Below, one piece after another: positions 35,670 through 47,849 of a DNA stretch of 64,000 nucleotides. Origin of the DNA: Chlorokybus atmophyticus (taxonomy: Eukaryota > Plantae > Mesostigma and Chlorokybus algae); contig RHPI01003491.1 of NCBI GenBank assembly GCA_009103225.1, positions 1 to 64,000 on the forward strand, given 5' to 3'. A program made the position numbers and the translations under genes. The stretch's first letter is position 1. Each line of letters starts with the position of its first letter. Below the pieces are notes generated by a model. That model saw only the letters and a program-made list of their open reading frames with translations. It was not told where the DNA came from and ran no database searches.

Positions 35670-37044
35670 CTAGACGCCGGGGGGTGCTTGCAGAAGTGAG
35701 CCCGTGTGGTAGTCGTCAGCAGCCAAAGCCGTGGCAACCGCGTCCTCATAGGTGACGCAACAAAGGAAAAAGACACAAAGCCTAGGCCTGCTAGTGCAGC
35801 GCATGTCGCAATCATGGTGACATACCGTCATGCTTGCGTTTGGCGGTTCTGAGTTGGGCACCTGCTGGAGCTGCTCCGAAGAGAGGGCTCGGGGGCGGAG
35901 CCGCTCGACGTGCGGAGGGCCTGCAGTTGGCTCACGGGGGGAGTGCTGTACGAACTGCGTGCGTCCAGCTCTGAGCCGGCGTGATGCCACTGCCCGACTG
36001 CGTTCAGGAGGGCTTGACCCAGAGACTGAGATCTGCCCAGAGTGCGAGAGGCCACATGATTACTCCACTCGGAGAGCGTGCACCACTTTTGCAAAGAGTG
36101 TGGGAGGGCCATCATGTTCTCTGGAGCAGCCACAGGGACAAGCGCGTACGCGGTGGACACGCCTGACACCTCAAGACAACGGAGGGTCACGTTGTTCATC
36201 CAGTACTCCAGCTCCAGCTCAAAGCTGGTCTGAGAGCGGGGCATGGACACTTCACCAAGGGCGTCCAGCACCTACTTGCGCCACCAGCCTTCCGGAGAGT
36301 CATGTGTGTGTGAAGGAGGCGGGGCACGGATGAACTTGGGGCCGGTAGTGTGCCCAGGGTTAGTGAGGAGCATTGCCGCCGGTGAGGCAGTAGAGTGCGC
36401 TCTGCGGGTGACCACAGGGACAAGCAGTAGGCGGTGGGAATCCGCCTCAATGCTGAGTCCTGCTGCGCGGAGCCAAGAAGAGAGGGGTTGAGACTGCGGG
36501 GCCACCTTCACAAGCGGTGGCGGGCTTGGAAGGGGTGATGGCGCCGTTGATATGGCCGGCGGCGGGGGCATGCGATGTGCCTCCTCCGCAGCTGTATCCT
36601 CGATGAGGAGGTCTTTATCATCTTCTAGCATGTCCGCCCTTGAGGACGACTCTTGGAGAGGAGAAGAGCGGCTAGCCGACTGGCTGGCTTGAGCTGCTTG
36701 CGCAGGTGACAAGTCCTGCTGGGGAAGATCCCCACACTGAGTAGCCATCGGCTGTGAGAAAGGAGGAACTGGCTGCGGGCCAACCGTGGGCATAGAGCCG
36801 AAGTGAAACCCTTCAAACTGAGTGGGGGGAGGGCGGGAGCGGTGCTCTGCACCCACCTGCTGCGCGGGCCCGCGTGCTGCTGCGCACCAAAGTTGGCACG
36901 TCCGCTTGCTGGCTTTGTAATAGCCGGGGTCTTACGCTTCGCTCGCTTGGGGCGCTGAGTCTGCCATCCTTCCGAATCCCGAAGGGGGAGGGGGATGGAG
37001 TGGCTCTGTCGTAGCAGACAGACACTCCACAAAGCCCGCGGCAT
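35670..37044 (-). pseudogene. Probable C-terminal part of LINE ORF1 (Pro/Ser-rich)
   Basis: Directly upstream of the endonuclease on the same strand; contains DSEGWQTQRPKRAKRK and Pro-rich frames; frameshifted. Confidence 0.45.
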
Positions 37045-37601
37045 TTTAGACAGTTGTTTATCTAAACATTTGTGTCCATAGTTCAGTTAACTGTGTTGTC
37101 AGTTAATTGTGAATGGCCAGTGATAGCTGAATGTTGAAACATTTGTATCTATATTACATGCAAATGTGTTTGTAATAGAGACTAACACGGATAGACACAT
37201 GCAGCTTGCATTCAGATGCTACAAATGCATTCTTGGATGCAATAGTCTAAGAATGTTTGCCCTTTTTTAAGTATGTCAATCTGTAGTATAGATGTTTGCA
37301 TCTATAATTGGAATGCCTATGAGGTTTTTTCCAATGTACTTATGAGTATTTCAGATGCAAAAAGACATGATATGGATTGCAAATGAGCCATGACATATGC
37401 AATTGGTACAACAATATTTGTTCTGAACACTTGGGCCTACTGCTTGGCAATGGTACCTAACCAGCACTGTAGTGAACATACATATGTCCACCCAACTAGC
37501 ACAAGCACTACGTCCAGACACTCTTGTACGACATGTAGACACTGGGCTCCGTATCTGACTCCACCCCACTGGCTCCATGTAAAACCCTGCCACGCACCTC
37601 C

Positions 37602-38115
37602 TGTAACAATTGGGGCCCGACCACAAGGCTATGGTAGTAAAAGACACTACCATGAGTGAGGTCTGTCACAATCTATCCCATGTGTGACATTCCTCCCCAA
37701 TTTAACCCATGAGTTCCTTATAATAATCCATTAAGGCACTAGCCCACATCGCCGTGTTCGCGGCTGTACCACGATGGTCTACCCGCGGCCTGTTGGATCC
37801 GGGCCACGAACGGTCCTAACCGATCGAACGGAGATCTGCCATCGCAGCGCGACCGCTCACGCAGCCTTAGGTTGAACTGGCTCGGCGCGCAGGTCGTGAT
37901 CCCGCGTTCAGCCTAAGGCAAGCCGCCCCAAATGTTTTTATTTATTTGTTTTTGCCTTGGATCTGCATCACTCCCCTACGGGAATTAAACCTGAGACGTC
38001 AAGCTCCGTTACCATTGTAACAATTGGGGCCCGACCACTAGGCTATATAGTATATATGGTAGTAAAAGACACTACCATGAGTGAGGTTTGTCACAATTTA
38101 TCCCAATTCGTGACA
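37602..38115 (-). mobile_element. Complete TRIM (terminal-repeat retrotransposon in miniature), 514 bp
   Basis: LTRs 37602-37689 and 38016-38115 (sense TGTCAC...GTTACA); PBS TGGTAACGGAGC at 38003-38014; PPT GGGGAGGAA at 37690-37698; 5-bp TSD CCTCC at 37597-37601 and 38116-38120; no coding capacity. Confidence 0.92.
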
Positions 38116-40099
38116 CCTCCCCTTGCAGTCGCATCCCGCTCCAGGCTATGTGCCCAACAATATCTGCATTTTAATAAGATATGTTTTAAGAAAGTACATG
38201 GGAAACACTATTTACCTCAGTTATATGACGAGTTAGAGCATGAAATGCAATCAACAGCATGCGCGCGTGGACTCGGAAGTGACAAGTGGAACACGTGCAT
38301 GCGCTTATGTGAAGTGCAGCAGAGTGCATGTGTGCGTATGTGTCCAAGCAAGAAGGGTGGATACCTGTATGCAAGTCAAGTGCATAGGACGATATGTGCG
38401 TTTACGCGTGTGTGCGCGCAATGTGCAACTGCGTGTGCATACCTATGTGCAGGCTCATTAATGTCTCCCGCAATGCTGAATATTGCCGCTACGTTGCCTT
38501 GCATATATAAGCTGTCAAGACTCTGCAAAGCGCGAGTTAACATAGCAAAAAGTAGGTAGCACCGGAATTCAATCAACGTAGCAGCGCAAGCAATGATGGC
38601 TCACAACATCCCGTTTGTACTCATGCTGTCACATGCGTGAATAACAACTTCACAATACAAGTACAACTCTTCCGGCTGTAAATACCCTTTGTTAGTTGAC
38701 ACATGGTAGAAGTGCGATAGCATTGCACCCTATCGTGCGCACAAGGAACAAATAGAATGTGCAATGGCACCGCTTAAGCAAAGTTTTTGCCGCATGTACA
38801 GCACTGAGTGACAAGTAATGTAAAGCAGGCACAGCAGCTGGGCATTACCTTGTCACCACACTCTAAACTCAAACATGTCGAGACTGTTACATGTTTTGCA
38901 CTTTGCTGACAATGACAAAGTGCGGAAAGTACACGGCCACACTTGATAAACGCACTGCACACCATGCCCACTACAGTGCAAAAGAGCTGTCACATCAGAG
39001 GCCAAAAGAACGGACACACAGCATGCGCACTGCTCAGCCAACAGCTGAACACCAGATGCACAGCACCAACCATGCCCCTCGCCCCGGTAGCGCCTGACCC
39101 AAGTGCATCTGCCTTAAGTAGAACGGTAAGCTTAACTTCAGCACTGAGCATGGTGTCTACAAGTGGCACTGTGGTACCTGCTGACACCAACATCACACAC
39201 GCAAGTGACAAAGCTTAAGTCACAGTGCAAGCCAACACAAAGGGGTTAGATCAACCTCATGCACACTTTACAAGTTTGACAGGCTGGTTGCCAACAAATA
39301 TGCCTTTCATGCTCCGTGAATGGTCACCTCGATGGTCCTGACGGCACAACATGCATGCGAAGCACGCTGCACGTGCATTTAAGCAGCGCATTGCATGCAG
39401 GTTGGAAGACATGTGGCACATGGCTTGCATAAGCTATGCATTCTACGCACGATAATGCACCTGTTGTTTGTACTGCACGGATTACGCATGCAATTGCTTC
39501 TGCGGGGTTCTCTCATCATTTTGAAAGCATGTTGTTGCCATCACGCGTTTTATATTGCTAGGTTGTTGCAAAGTTGTTGCTCATTGCCAGCAATGCACAC
39601 GAGCAAAGCGTACCAACAGCAGCTATAGCAACAGATTTCACCTCACCTCATCGGTAAAGTCATTCAGCTGCCAGCAAGCAGCTGGCCAGACGGTGGTCCA
39701 GGCGTGATAGCCTCAGCCTTTGCCGTAGTCAAGCTTGCTTTGGCAAACGTAGCACCTCGGCGCTGGCTCTCCCCATGGCTATGACGCCGCCACCGCCGCC
39801 GCCAAGAATGGCGAGCACTTCCATGCACTGTCAGTTGCCGCCCAACGCATTGACAGCTGGCATTATCAAGTGCGTCACCCCGGCACACTGCCGGCCCACA
39901 GCCGCGACCGGCAGTGCCGGTCGAATTTGCCGCAGATTGCCGGTGTCAGCTTCTCATTAACTAGCAGGTCCAGACTTGTTGTGCGGCCGTTGGATGGTAA
40001 GCTGGCAGATCTCGGCCTTTCGGTGTACGTACAGCCAGTCACTTAACCACGTGTAGTTCCTGATAAATACCTGTGTAATGGTCACGACAAACATGGTGC

Positions 40100-40300
40100 G
40101 AACGCGCGCGCACACACAAGACACATATACATATACTTATCCATATATATACATATACATATGCGTATATATACATGTATTTTAGTATATATACATATAT
40201 ACATGCACATAATCATATATATTATTCTACATACGTATATGAATCGCAACATGCATGCTATTAAGTGCACATGTATGCGCATCTATGCATATAAAGCCGA
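40100..40300. repeat. (TA/CA)-rich low-complexity tract
   Basis: Degenerate TATACA repeats seen directly. Confidence 0.7.
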
Positions 40301-40452
40301 CCATTTTCCGTCACAATAACCTCAGGCAGATTATGCCATAAAGATTACCAATTTTGCGATGGGTGGCCAATTAATATCACGCTATCTGTACACACAGATT
40401 ATCATCGTTATAGATACCGTGCTTGGTGCTAACCCAATGGTTGTGCCTGAAG

Positions 40453-41120
40453 TGTAACAGTCGAGGCAAAGTTTCATGATATTAGGACCTTTTTTGGCCC
40501 ATTTATCAAGCACCACGCTTTTATGACTTGTGGCAGATATCGGCTAGTTATGAGTCAGCCGCGGATATCGACCGGGGCCCCAGGACCAGTCCGGAAGGCC
40601 AGAAAACGGAGGGCCAGTCGTGAAGGGCTTGACCAGATTTCTAGAAGGGCCTGGCGCCAAGTAGTATAACTTGACCATGTGAGCACCTAATCAAGAGATT
40701 TTTGGTGCTTAAGAAAGGTCTAGTAGTATACTACAAGGTTATGCAATAACATCTTAGCTTCTAGTTCCGTCTAGCGCTAGAATCGTCTAGACAATAGCAT
40801 GTGCAGACTGGTAGGTATAAAAGTGACATTCTACAATGTGCAATACAACCTTTGGCTCCCTAGTTTCTGGTGTGCAAGCTTGGTGGTGGTTAGCAGGGGT
40901 TGCTCGCATGTGCCCACTGGTATGTGCTTGCTTGTGTGACGATCCAAGGCGCTACACAAGTCGGTGTGTAGCTTCGAGCGCATGCGCGTGCGTACGCGAG
41001 TGGCGGGGCGCGCGTGTGTGCTTGGCAGAGGGGGCAAGGTTTCGGTGTGAACACCGTGTCTTGGTGAGAGGGTTGTTGATTGGACCAACTCACAGGTGAC
41101 AAGGCACGAGCACCGTCACA
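40453..41120 (+). mobile_element. Solo LTR of chromovirus family 2 (opposite orientation to the nearby copies)
   Basis: TGTAAC...GTCACA, 668 bp, reverse complement of the 43574-44245 LTR; flanks TGAAG/TAAAG (TSD with one transition). Confidence 0.9.
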
Positions 41121-44100
41121 TAAAGTGTCCAACATGTAGACAACATGCCGACGCCTTAATAAGCAATCAGACGCATATATATAATAAGGATATTGCAAGA
41201 TGAGTGTTCGTCGATGATCGCAACTTATAATGTTTGATATATAGATGCATCTATGCATAGCCTGTTATTTCAATACTTTCATCTGTGTATTGGACTTTTG
41301 TACCTTGAGATCAATATGTCCTTCGAAAGGGTCGGATGCACACTTACAACTGCATGCATAAAACAGATACAATGCACATATTCTCAGACAGTGCGTATTT
41401 TAGCGGATGCACATAGCAATGTTATATATGTAAATTTCAAAAGAATAGGTGACTAAAACACGTGTGTTAATTTGTAGTGGGAGGGTGCGGCTGCTCATGG
41501 TCACCTAACCCGGGGTGGACGAGAGGGCAGCTGTGACGGTGCTCGTGTCTTGTCACCTGTGAGTTGGTCCAATCAACAACCCTCTCACCAAGACACGGTA
41601 TTCACACCGGAACCTTGCCCCCTCTGCCAAGCACACACGCGCGCCCCGCCACTCGCGTACGCATGCGCATGCGTTCCAAGCTACACGCCGACTTGTGTAG
41701 CGCCTTGGATCGTCACAAGCAAGCATATACCAGTGGGCACGCGCTAGCAACCCCTGCTGACCACCACCAAGCTTGCACACCAAAAACTAGGGAGCTAAAG
41801 GCTGTATTGCAAATTGTAGAATGTCACTTTTATACCTACCAGTCTGCACATGCTACTGTCTAGACGATTCTAGCGCTAAACGGAACTAGAAGCTAAGATA
41901 TTCTTGCAGACTCTTGTAGTACACTTTTAAAACTTTCCAACGCACCAAAGATCTCCTCATTTGCTGCTCATATGGTCAAGTTATACTACTTGGCGCCAGG
42001 CCCTTCCAGAAATCTGGTCGAGCCCTTCTCGACTGGCCCTCCGTTTTCTGGCCTTCCGGACTGGTCCTGGGGCCCCGGTCGGTATCCGCGGCAGACTCAT
42101 AACTAGCCGATATCCGCCACAAGTCATGAAAACATGATACCTCACAAATAAGGCCTAAAATGGCCATGAAAATCACGAAATTTGGCCTTGACCGTTACAC
42201 TCCTTCCCCCCTAGGTGAGCTTCGTCCTCTCGAAGCTCGCGAGGTTGGCGTCGAGCAAGATAGTCACGCACAACGTCTCGAGCATTAGCCAAGTGTGCCT
42301 CTGGCTCCTAGGTTGCTTCATGCAATGGATAGCCCTTCCATTGCACTAAGAACTTGCGCATGCCATGCACAAACTTCTCACCAAGGATGTCTTCTACCTC
42401 CCACTCTAGTTCACCATCCGTGCCAACTTCGGGGGGCGGTCTTTCTGGCGGTTGTCCTCAATATGCCTTTAGAAGGGAGACGTGAAAAACGGGGTGCACA
42501 CGCATGTCGGGTAGCTCCAGCTTGTACGCCACGTCCGAAATAATTTTGCTGACCTTAAATGGTCCCATTCAGCGTTCATTCAGCTTGCGAACTCCCGTAC
42601 GCACCTGTACATGCTTTGCGGAGAGTAACACAATGTCGCCTTCTTGAAATGTGAGGTGTCGGCGATGCGCGTCCGCGTACTGCTTCTGCCGATTTTGTGC
42701 CACCAATAGCGCCTCCCTAGCTGCCTTATTAATGTCCGCGCACTTTGTGAGGAAGTCATAGCTGCCTCCACACGCACTTCATGTCGCCGCGGTGTCCATG
42801 CTGTCAACGGGGTCAATGGATGTTGCCCGTAGTTCATAAGGAAGGGAGTGACACCTGTGCTTGCATTACGGTTGTTGATCGCAAACTCCACCAACTCAAG
42901 CAGCTCCGCCAAATTGTTTTGTCGCGCATTAACGTAGCAACGCAGCATGTCCTCGATCACACGGTTGGCCCGTTCCGTTTGCCCATCAGTTTGCGGGTGG
43001 CATGCCGTGCTAAACTTCAGCGTGGTACCTAGTGCACTATGCAGCGCCTCCCAAAACTTACTTGTAAAGCGCGGGTCGTGATCACTTACAATGCTTTGTG
43101 ATAATCCATGTGAACGAAACACATTCTTCACGAACAAGCGTGCTGCCTCCGGTGCCGTGCAAGACTCACCACACGGTGCCAAGCGTACCATTTTGCTGGT
43201 TTTGTCAGCAAACACAAGTATAGCGTCGTACCCTTCTTTTGTCTTTGGTAGCCCCGTAATAAAGTCCATGGTAACTTGCTCCCACTTGGACAATGGCACA
43301 GGGAGGTTGCAGCAACTTGCTTGGCTTTTAGTTGCTTGCCTTCACCCTTTGGCATGCGTCGCACAACGCCACGTAGTCGCGCACATCGCGATGCATCTCT
43401 CGCCAATAAAAAAGCTGCTTCAAGCTTGCCAAAGTCCTCTGTAACCATTGGTGACCAGCAATGGGCACGTCATGAACTTCTTGCAGCAACTTCACACACC
43501 ATAGCCACAGTAGTCCCAAAATCCCGTCGAACCCGTTCCGTAGGGTGATGCAGCAAAATCGCATGTTCACCTTTGTGACGGTGCTCGTGCCTTGTCACCT
43601 TTGAGTTGGTCCAATCCACAACCCTCTCACCAAGACACGGTATTCACACCGGAACCTTGCCCCCTCTGCCAAGCACACACGCGCGCCCCGCCACTCGCGT
43701 ACGCACGCGCATGCGCTCGAAGCTACACACCGACTTGTGTAGCGCCTTGGATCGTCACACAAGCAAGCACACACCGGTGGGCACACGCTAGCAACCCCTG
43801 CTAACCACCACCAAGCTTGCACACCAGAAACTAGGGAGCTAAACGTTGTATTGCAAGTTGTAGAATGTCACTTTTATACCTACCAGTCTGCACATGCTAC
43901 TGTCTAGACGATTCTAGCGCTAGACGGAACTAGAAGCTAAGATATTCTTGCAGAATCTTGTAGTACACTTCTAGACCTTTCCAACGCACCAAAGATCTCC
44001 TAGTTTGCTGCTCATATGGTCAAGTTATACTACTTGGCGCCAGGCCCTTCCAGAAATCTGGTCGAGCCCTTCTCGACTGGCCCTCCGTTTTCTGGCACCT

Positions 44101-44240
44101 TCCGGACTGGTCTTGGGGCCCCGGTCGATATCCGCGGCAGACTCATAACTCGCCGATATCCGCCACAAGTCATTAAAAACATGTACCTTACAAATAAGGC
44201 CTAAAACGGCCATGAAAATCACAGAATTTGGCCTTGACTG

Positions 44241-47200
44241 TTACACTCCTCCCCCCCCAGGTGAGCTTCGTCCTCGAAGCTCGCGAGGTTGTCGTCGAGC
44301 AAGATAGGCACGCACAACGTCTTGAGCATTAGTCAAGTGTGCCTCTGGCTCCCAGGATGCTTCATGCAACGGATAGCCCTTCCATTTCACTAAGAACTTG
44401 CGTACGCCATGCACAAACTTCTCACCAAGGATGTCTTCTACCTCCCACTCGGGTTCACCGTCCGTGCCAACTTCGGGGGGTGGCCTTTCTGGCGGTTGTC
44501 CTCGATATGCTTTCAGAAGGGAGACGTGAAAAACGGGGTGCACACGCATGGTGTCGGGTAGCTCCAACTTGTACGCCACGTCCGAGATAACTTTGCTGAC
44601 CTTAAATGGTCCCAACCAGCGTTCATTCAGCTTGCGAACTCCCGTACGCACCTGGACGTGCTTCGCGGAGAGTAACACAATGTCGCCTTCCTGAAACGTG
44701 AGGTGTCGGCGATGCGCGTCCGCGTACTGCTTCTGCCGATTTTGTGCCACCAATAACGCATCCCTAGCTGCCTTGTTAATGTCCGCGCACTTTGTAAGGA
44801 AGTCATTAGCTGCCTCCACACGCACGTCATGTCGTCGCGGTGTCCATGCCGTCAACGGTGTCAATGGATGTTGCCCGTAGTTCATAAGGAAGGGAGTGAC
44901 ACCTGTGCTTGCATTGTGGTGGTTGTTGATCGCAAACTCAACCAACTCAAGCAGCTCCTCCCAATTGTCTTGTCGCGCGTTAACGTAGCAACGCAGCATG
45001 TCCTCGATCACACGGTTGGCCCGCTCCGTTTGCCCATCAGTTTGCGGGTGGAATGCCGTGCTAAACTTCAGTGTGGTACCCAGTGCACTATGCAGCGCCT
45101 CCCAAAACTTACTTGTAAAGCGCGGGTCGCGATCACTCACAATGCTTCGTGGTAATCCATGAGAACGAAATACATGCTTCACGAACAAGCGTGCTGCCTC
45201 CGGTGCCGTGCAAGACTCACTACACGGTGCCAAGCGTACCATTTTGCTGGTTTTATCGACGAACACAAGTATAGCGTCGTACCCTTCTTTTGTCTTTGGT
45301 AGCCCCGTGATAAAGTCCATGGTAACTTGCTCCCACTTGGACAATGGCACAGGGAGAGGTTGCAGCAACCCACCTGGCTTTTGGTTGCTTGCCTTCACCC
45401 TTTGGCATGCGTCGCACAACGCCACGTAGTCGCGCACATCGCGATGCATCTCTCGCCAGTAAAAACGCTGTTTTAAGCTTGCCAAAGTCCTTTCCAACCC
45501 TTGGTGACCAGCAATGGGCACGTCATGAGCTTCCTTCAGCAACTTCACACGGATATGCGCGACGTTGGGGATGTACAAGCGCCCATGGTGCCACAGCAGC
45601 CCGTCGCGCATTGACCAGTGCCCACTTGTGTCCGTAGCTGTATTTTCCAGCTCTTGCAACACTTTCATACCCTCCGTGTCTTCACGAAGCACTTGCCGAA
45701 TCTGGTCGGTCCACTCGGGCTGCACTTGAGCGAGTGCCTCAATTGCATTAAGCCGGCTCAGCGCGTCAGCAACACCATTTGACGTACCGGGCTTGTACTT
45801 GATATCGAAGTCAAAAAGTTGAAAGAACTCAAGCCATCGAGCTTGTCTGCGACTCAGATGAGGTTGTGTTTGTAAGTACCTCAGTGGAGAGTGATCCGTC
45901 TCAAGCACGAACTTTTTGCCTTCCAGAAAACAACGCCATTGTCGTAGCGCCATGACTTGCGCTAAAAGTTCCTTCTCGTGCACGGGGTAATTCAGCTCCG
46001 CACCACTCATCTTCTTGCTGAAGAATGCTACTGGTTGAAGGCCGTTGCCATGGTCTTGCTGCAAAACAGCTCCTACGGCTGTGTCGGACGCGTCGCAAGC
46101 CAAAATAAATGTCTTTTCCATGTTGGGGTGAGCCAGGACTGGTGCCTCCGTCAGCGCCTTCTTCAACGCAGCAAATGCATGTTCCTCTGTTGCTGACCAG
46201 CTCCAATGCTTTCCCTTCTTGAGTAGGGTAGTCAAGGGAGCAGCTATGCGCGAAAACCCCATGATAAACTTGCGATAATACCCCGCAAGGCCTAAAAAGG
46301 ACATCACCTCCTTTACATTGGTCGGGGCAGCCCACTCGCGCACCACCTGCACTTTGTTGGGGTCCGGCTTGATGCCTTCATGCGACACAATGTGGCCTAG
46401 GTACTCCACCTCTCGAAGCAAGAATTTGCACTTCTGTAGCTGGGCGTACAACTTGTGTTCGCGCAAACGCTGCAACACGCGCCGTAGAAGTGCCACGTGC
46501 TCCTCCTTTGTTGTCGCGTACACCAAAATGTCGTCGAGGTACACGAGGACTCCCTTACCAATCAAGTCAGCAAAAACGCTGTTCATAAGCGTTTGAAATG
46601 TTGCCGGTGCGTTCGTAAGTCCGAAGGACATGACCAACCACTCGTAGTGCCCATAACGTGTGTTAAAAGCTGTTTTCTCCACATCCTCGGGCGCGATGCG
46701 AATTTGGTGATAACCTCCAGCAAGATCAAGTGTTGTGAAGTACTGCGCACCTTGCAATTGCTCCAGCAACTCGTCGATACGTGGGAGTGGAAAGCAATTC
46801 CTCTTCGTGATGTTGTTGAGAGCTCGGTAGTCGACGCACATGCGCAAGCTCCCGTTCTTCTTTCGTACAAACAAAATAGGTGCACCATAGGGGGACTTAC
46901 TAGGCCTGATGTAGCCTCTTTTCAGCAAGTCCGCCACCTGCCTCTCGGCCTCTTCCAGTTCCAAAGGTGACAACTTGTATACGGGTCGATACGGTGGCTT
47001 GTGCACGCCCTCAATCAGCTCCACACGGTGGTCTACGCTCCGTGGAGGTGGTAGACCAGATGGAAGTCCGTCCACCATGATATCTTGGTATTCTTTAACA
47101 AGTTTACACACCTCGGGGTCCATAGTAGCCGTCTGAACATCGTCACTCAGCTCCGGTGCTGACTTTGCAGTGTTTTCGCGCACCACGCACAACCATGCAG

Positions 47201-47849
47201 CCTTTGCCTTCCGTGGAGACAATAACTTCCTCAATTGCACATAAGAGATCTGGGCAATTGTCGTACCACCTAATTGTGCGTGCCGCGCCTCGATGACGTC
47301 CGATGCAGCTTGAATGGACTCTCCACCGTTTCGCTCGATGGTGAGCACGCGCTTCCTCCAATTGATGGCTGGATTATGTTGCCATAGCCACGGTAGTCCC
47401 AAAATCCCATCAAACCCGTTCCGTAGGGTGATGCAGCAAAATCGCATGCTCTCCTTCATCTTCCCAATGCGAACGCACAACTCTTTGGTCATAAACGCAG
47501 CGCCATCACCTCCAGAGGGTGGCTCTCCATCAGCGAGCTTCACTTCACCTCCTCGTAATGACGAAAGCCAACCGTAACGCCGCGCGATATCAATACTCAT
47601 GAAGTTGCTGTTGGCACCGCTATCAATCATGAGCTTACACTCTCTCCATCGTCCTTGGTCATCGCAAATGTGTGCTCGAAGCCCGAAGTACTTTGTTGTC
47701 TCCTCTTTTGCATAACTCACCACCATTGGCGCGTTCAAAGCCATCTCCTCTTGCTTCTTTAATGGAAATGTCACAGCATCCGTCCGTGCATGAGGCTCCT
47801 TCCTATCCCCAGCAGTAGCCTCCTCACCTACTGGGGGAAGTCGTTTTCC
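44241..47849 (-). CDS. pol: Pol: protease-RT-RNase H-integrase-chromodomain (ORF 44241-47774, probably entered by -1 frameshift)
   Basis: MIDSGA; YLDD; DASD; HHCC; MDFITGL/SDRDPRF/GQTERANR; GPF; chromodomain EWEVEDIL...FLVKWKGYPLHEASWEP. Confidence 0.97.
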   Translation of the reverse strand, partial: GKRLPPVGEEATAGDRKEPHARTDAVTFPLKKQEEMALNAPMVVSYAKEETTKYFGLRAHICDDQGRWRECKLMIDSGANSNFMSIDIARRYGWLSSLRGGEVKLADGEPPSGGDGAAFMTKELCVRIGKMKESMRFCCITLRNGFDGILGLPWLWQHNPAINWRKRVLTIERNGGESIQAASDVIEARHAQLGGTTIAQISYVQLRKLLSPRKAKAAWLCVVRENTAKSAPELSDDVQTATMDPEVCKLVKEYQDIMVDGLPSGLPPPRSVDHRVELIEGVHKPPYRPVYKLSPLELEEAERQVADLLKRGYIRPSKSPYGAPILFVRKKNGSLRMCVDYRALNNITKRNCFPLPRIDELLEQLQGAQYFTTLDLAGGYHQIRIAPEDVEKTAFNTRYGHYEWLVMSFGLTNAPATFQTLMNSVFADLIGKGVLVYLDDILVYATTKEEHVALLRRVLQRLREHKLYAQLQKCKFLLREVEYLGHIVSHEGIKPDPNKVQVVREWAAPTNVKEVMSFLGLAGYYRKFIMGFSRIAAPLTTLLKKGKHWSWSATEEHAFAALKKALTEAPVLAHPNMEKTFILACDASDTAVGAVLQQDHGNGLQPVAFFSKKMSGAELNYPVHEKELLAQVMALRQWRCFLEGKKFVLETDHSPLRYLQTQPHLSRRQARWLEFFQLFDFDIKYKPGTSNGVADALSRLNAIEALAQVQPEWTDQIRQVLREDTEGMKVLQELENTATDTSGHWSMRDGLLWHHGRLYIPNVAHIRVKLLKEAHDVPIAGHQGLERTLASLKQRFYWREMHRDVRDYVALCDACQRVKASNQKPGGLLQPLPVPLSKWEQVTMDFITGLPKTKEGYDAILVFVDKTSKMVRLAPCSESCTAPEAARLFVKHVFRSHGLPRSIVSDRDPRFTSKFWEALHSALGTTLKFSTAFHPQTDGQTERANRVIEDMLRCYVNARQDNWEELLELVEFAINNHHNASTGVTPFLMNYGQHPLTPLTAWTPRRHDVRVEAANDFLTKCADINKAARDALLVAQNRQKQYADAHRRHLTFQEGDIVLLSAKHVQVRTGVRKLNERWLGPFKVSKVISDVAYKLELPDTMRVHPVFHVSLLKAYRGQPPERPPPEVGTDGEPEWEVEDILGEKFVHGVRKFLVKWKGYPLHEASWEPEAHLTNAQDVVRAYLARRQPRELRGRSSPGGGGV

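Noticed and set aside
38120-40100. ORFs between the TRIM and the solo LTR
   Set aside because: Short, no motifs, compositionally intron-like or intergenic.
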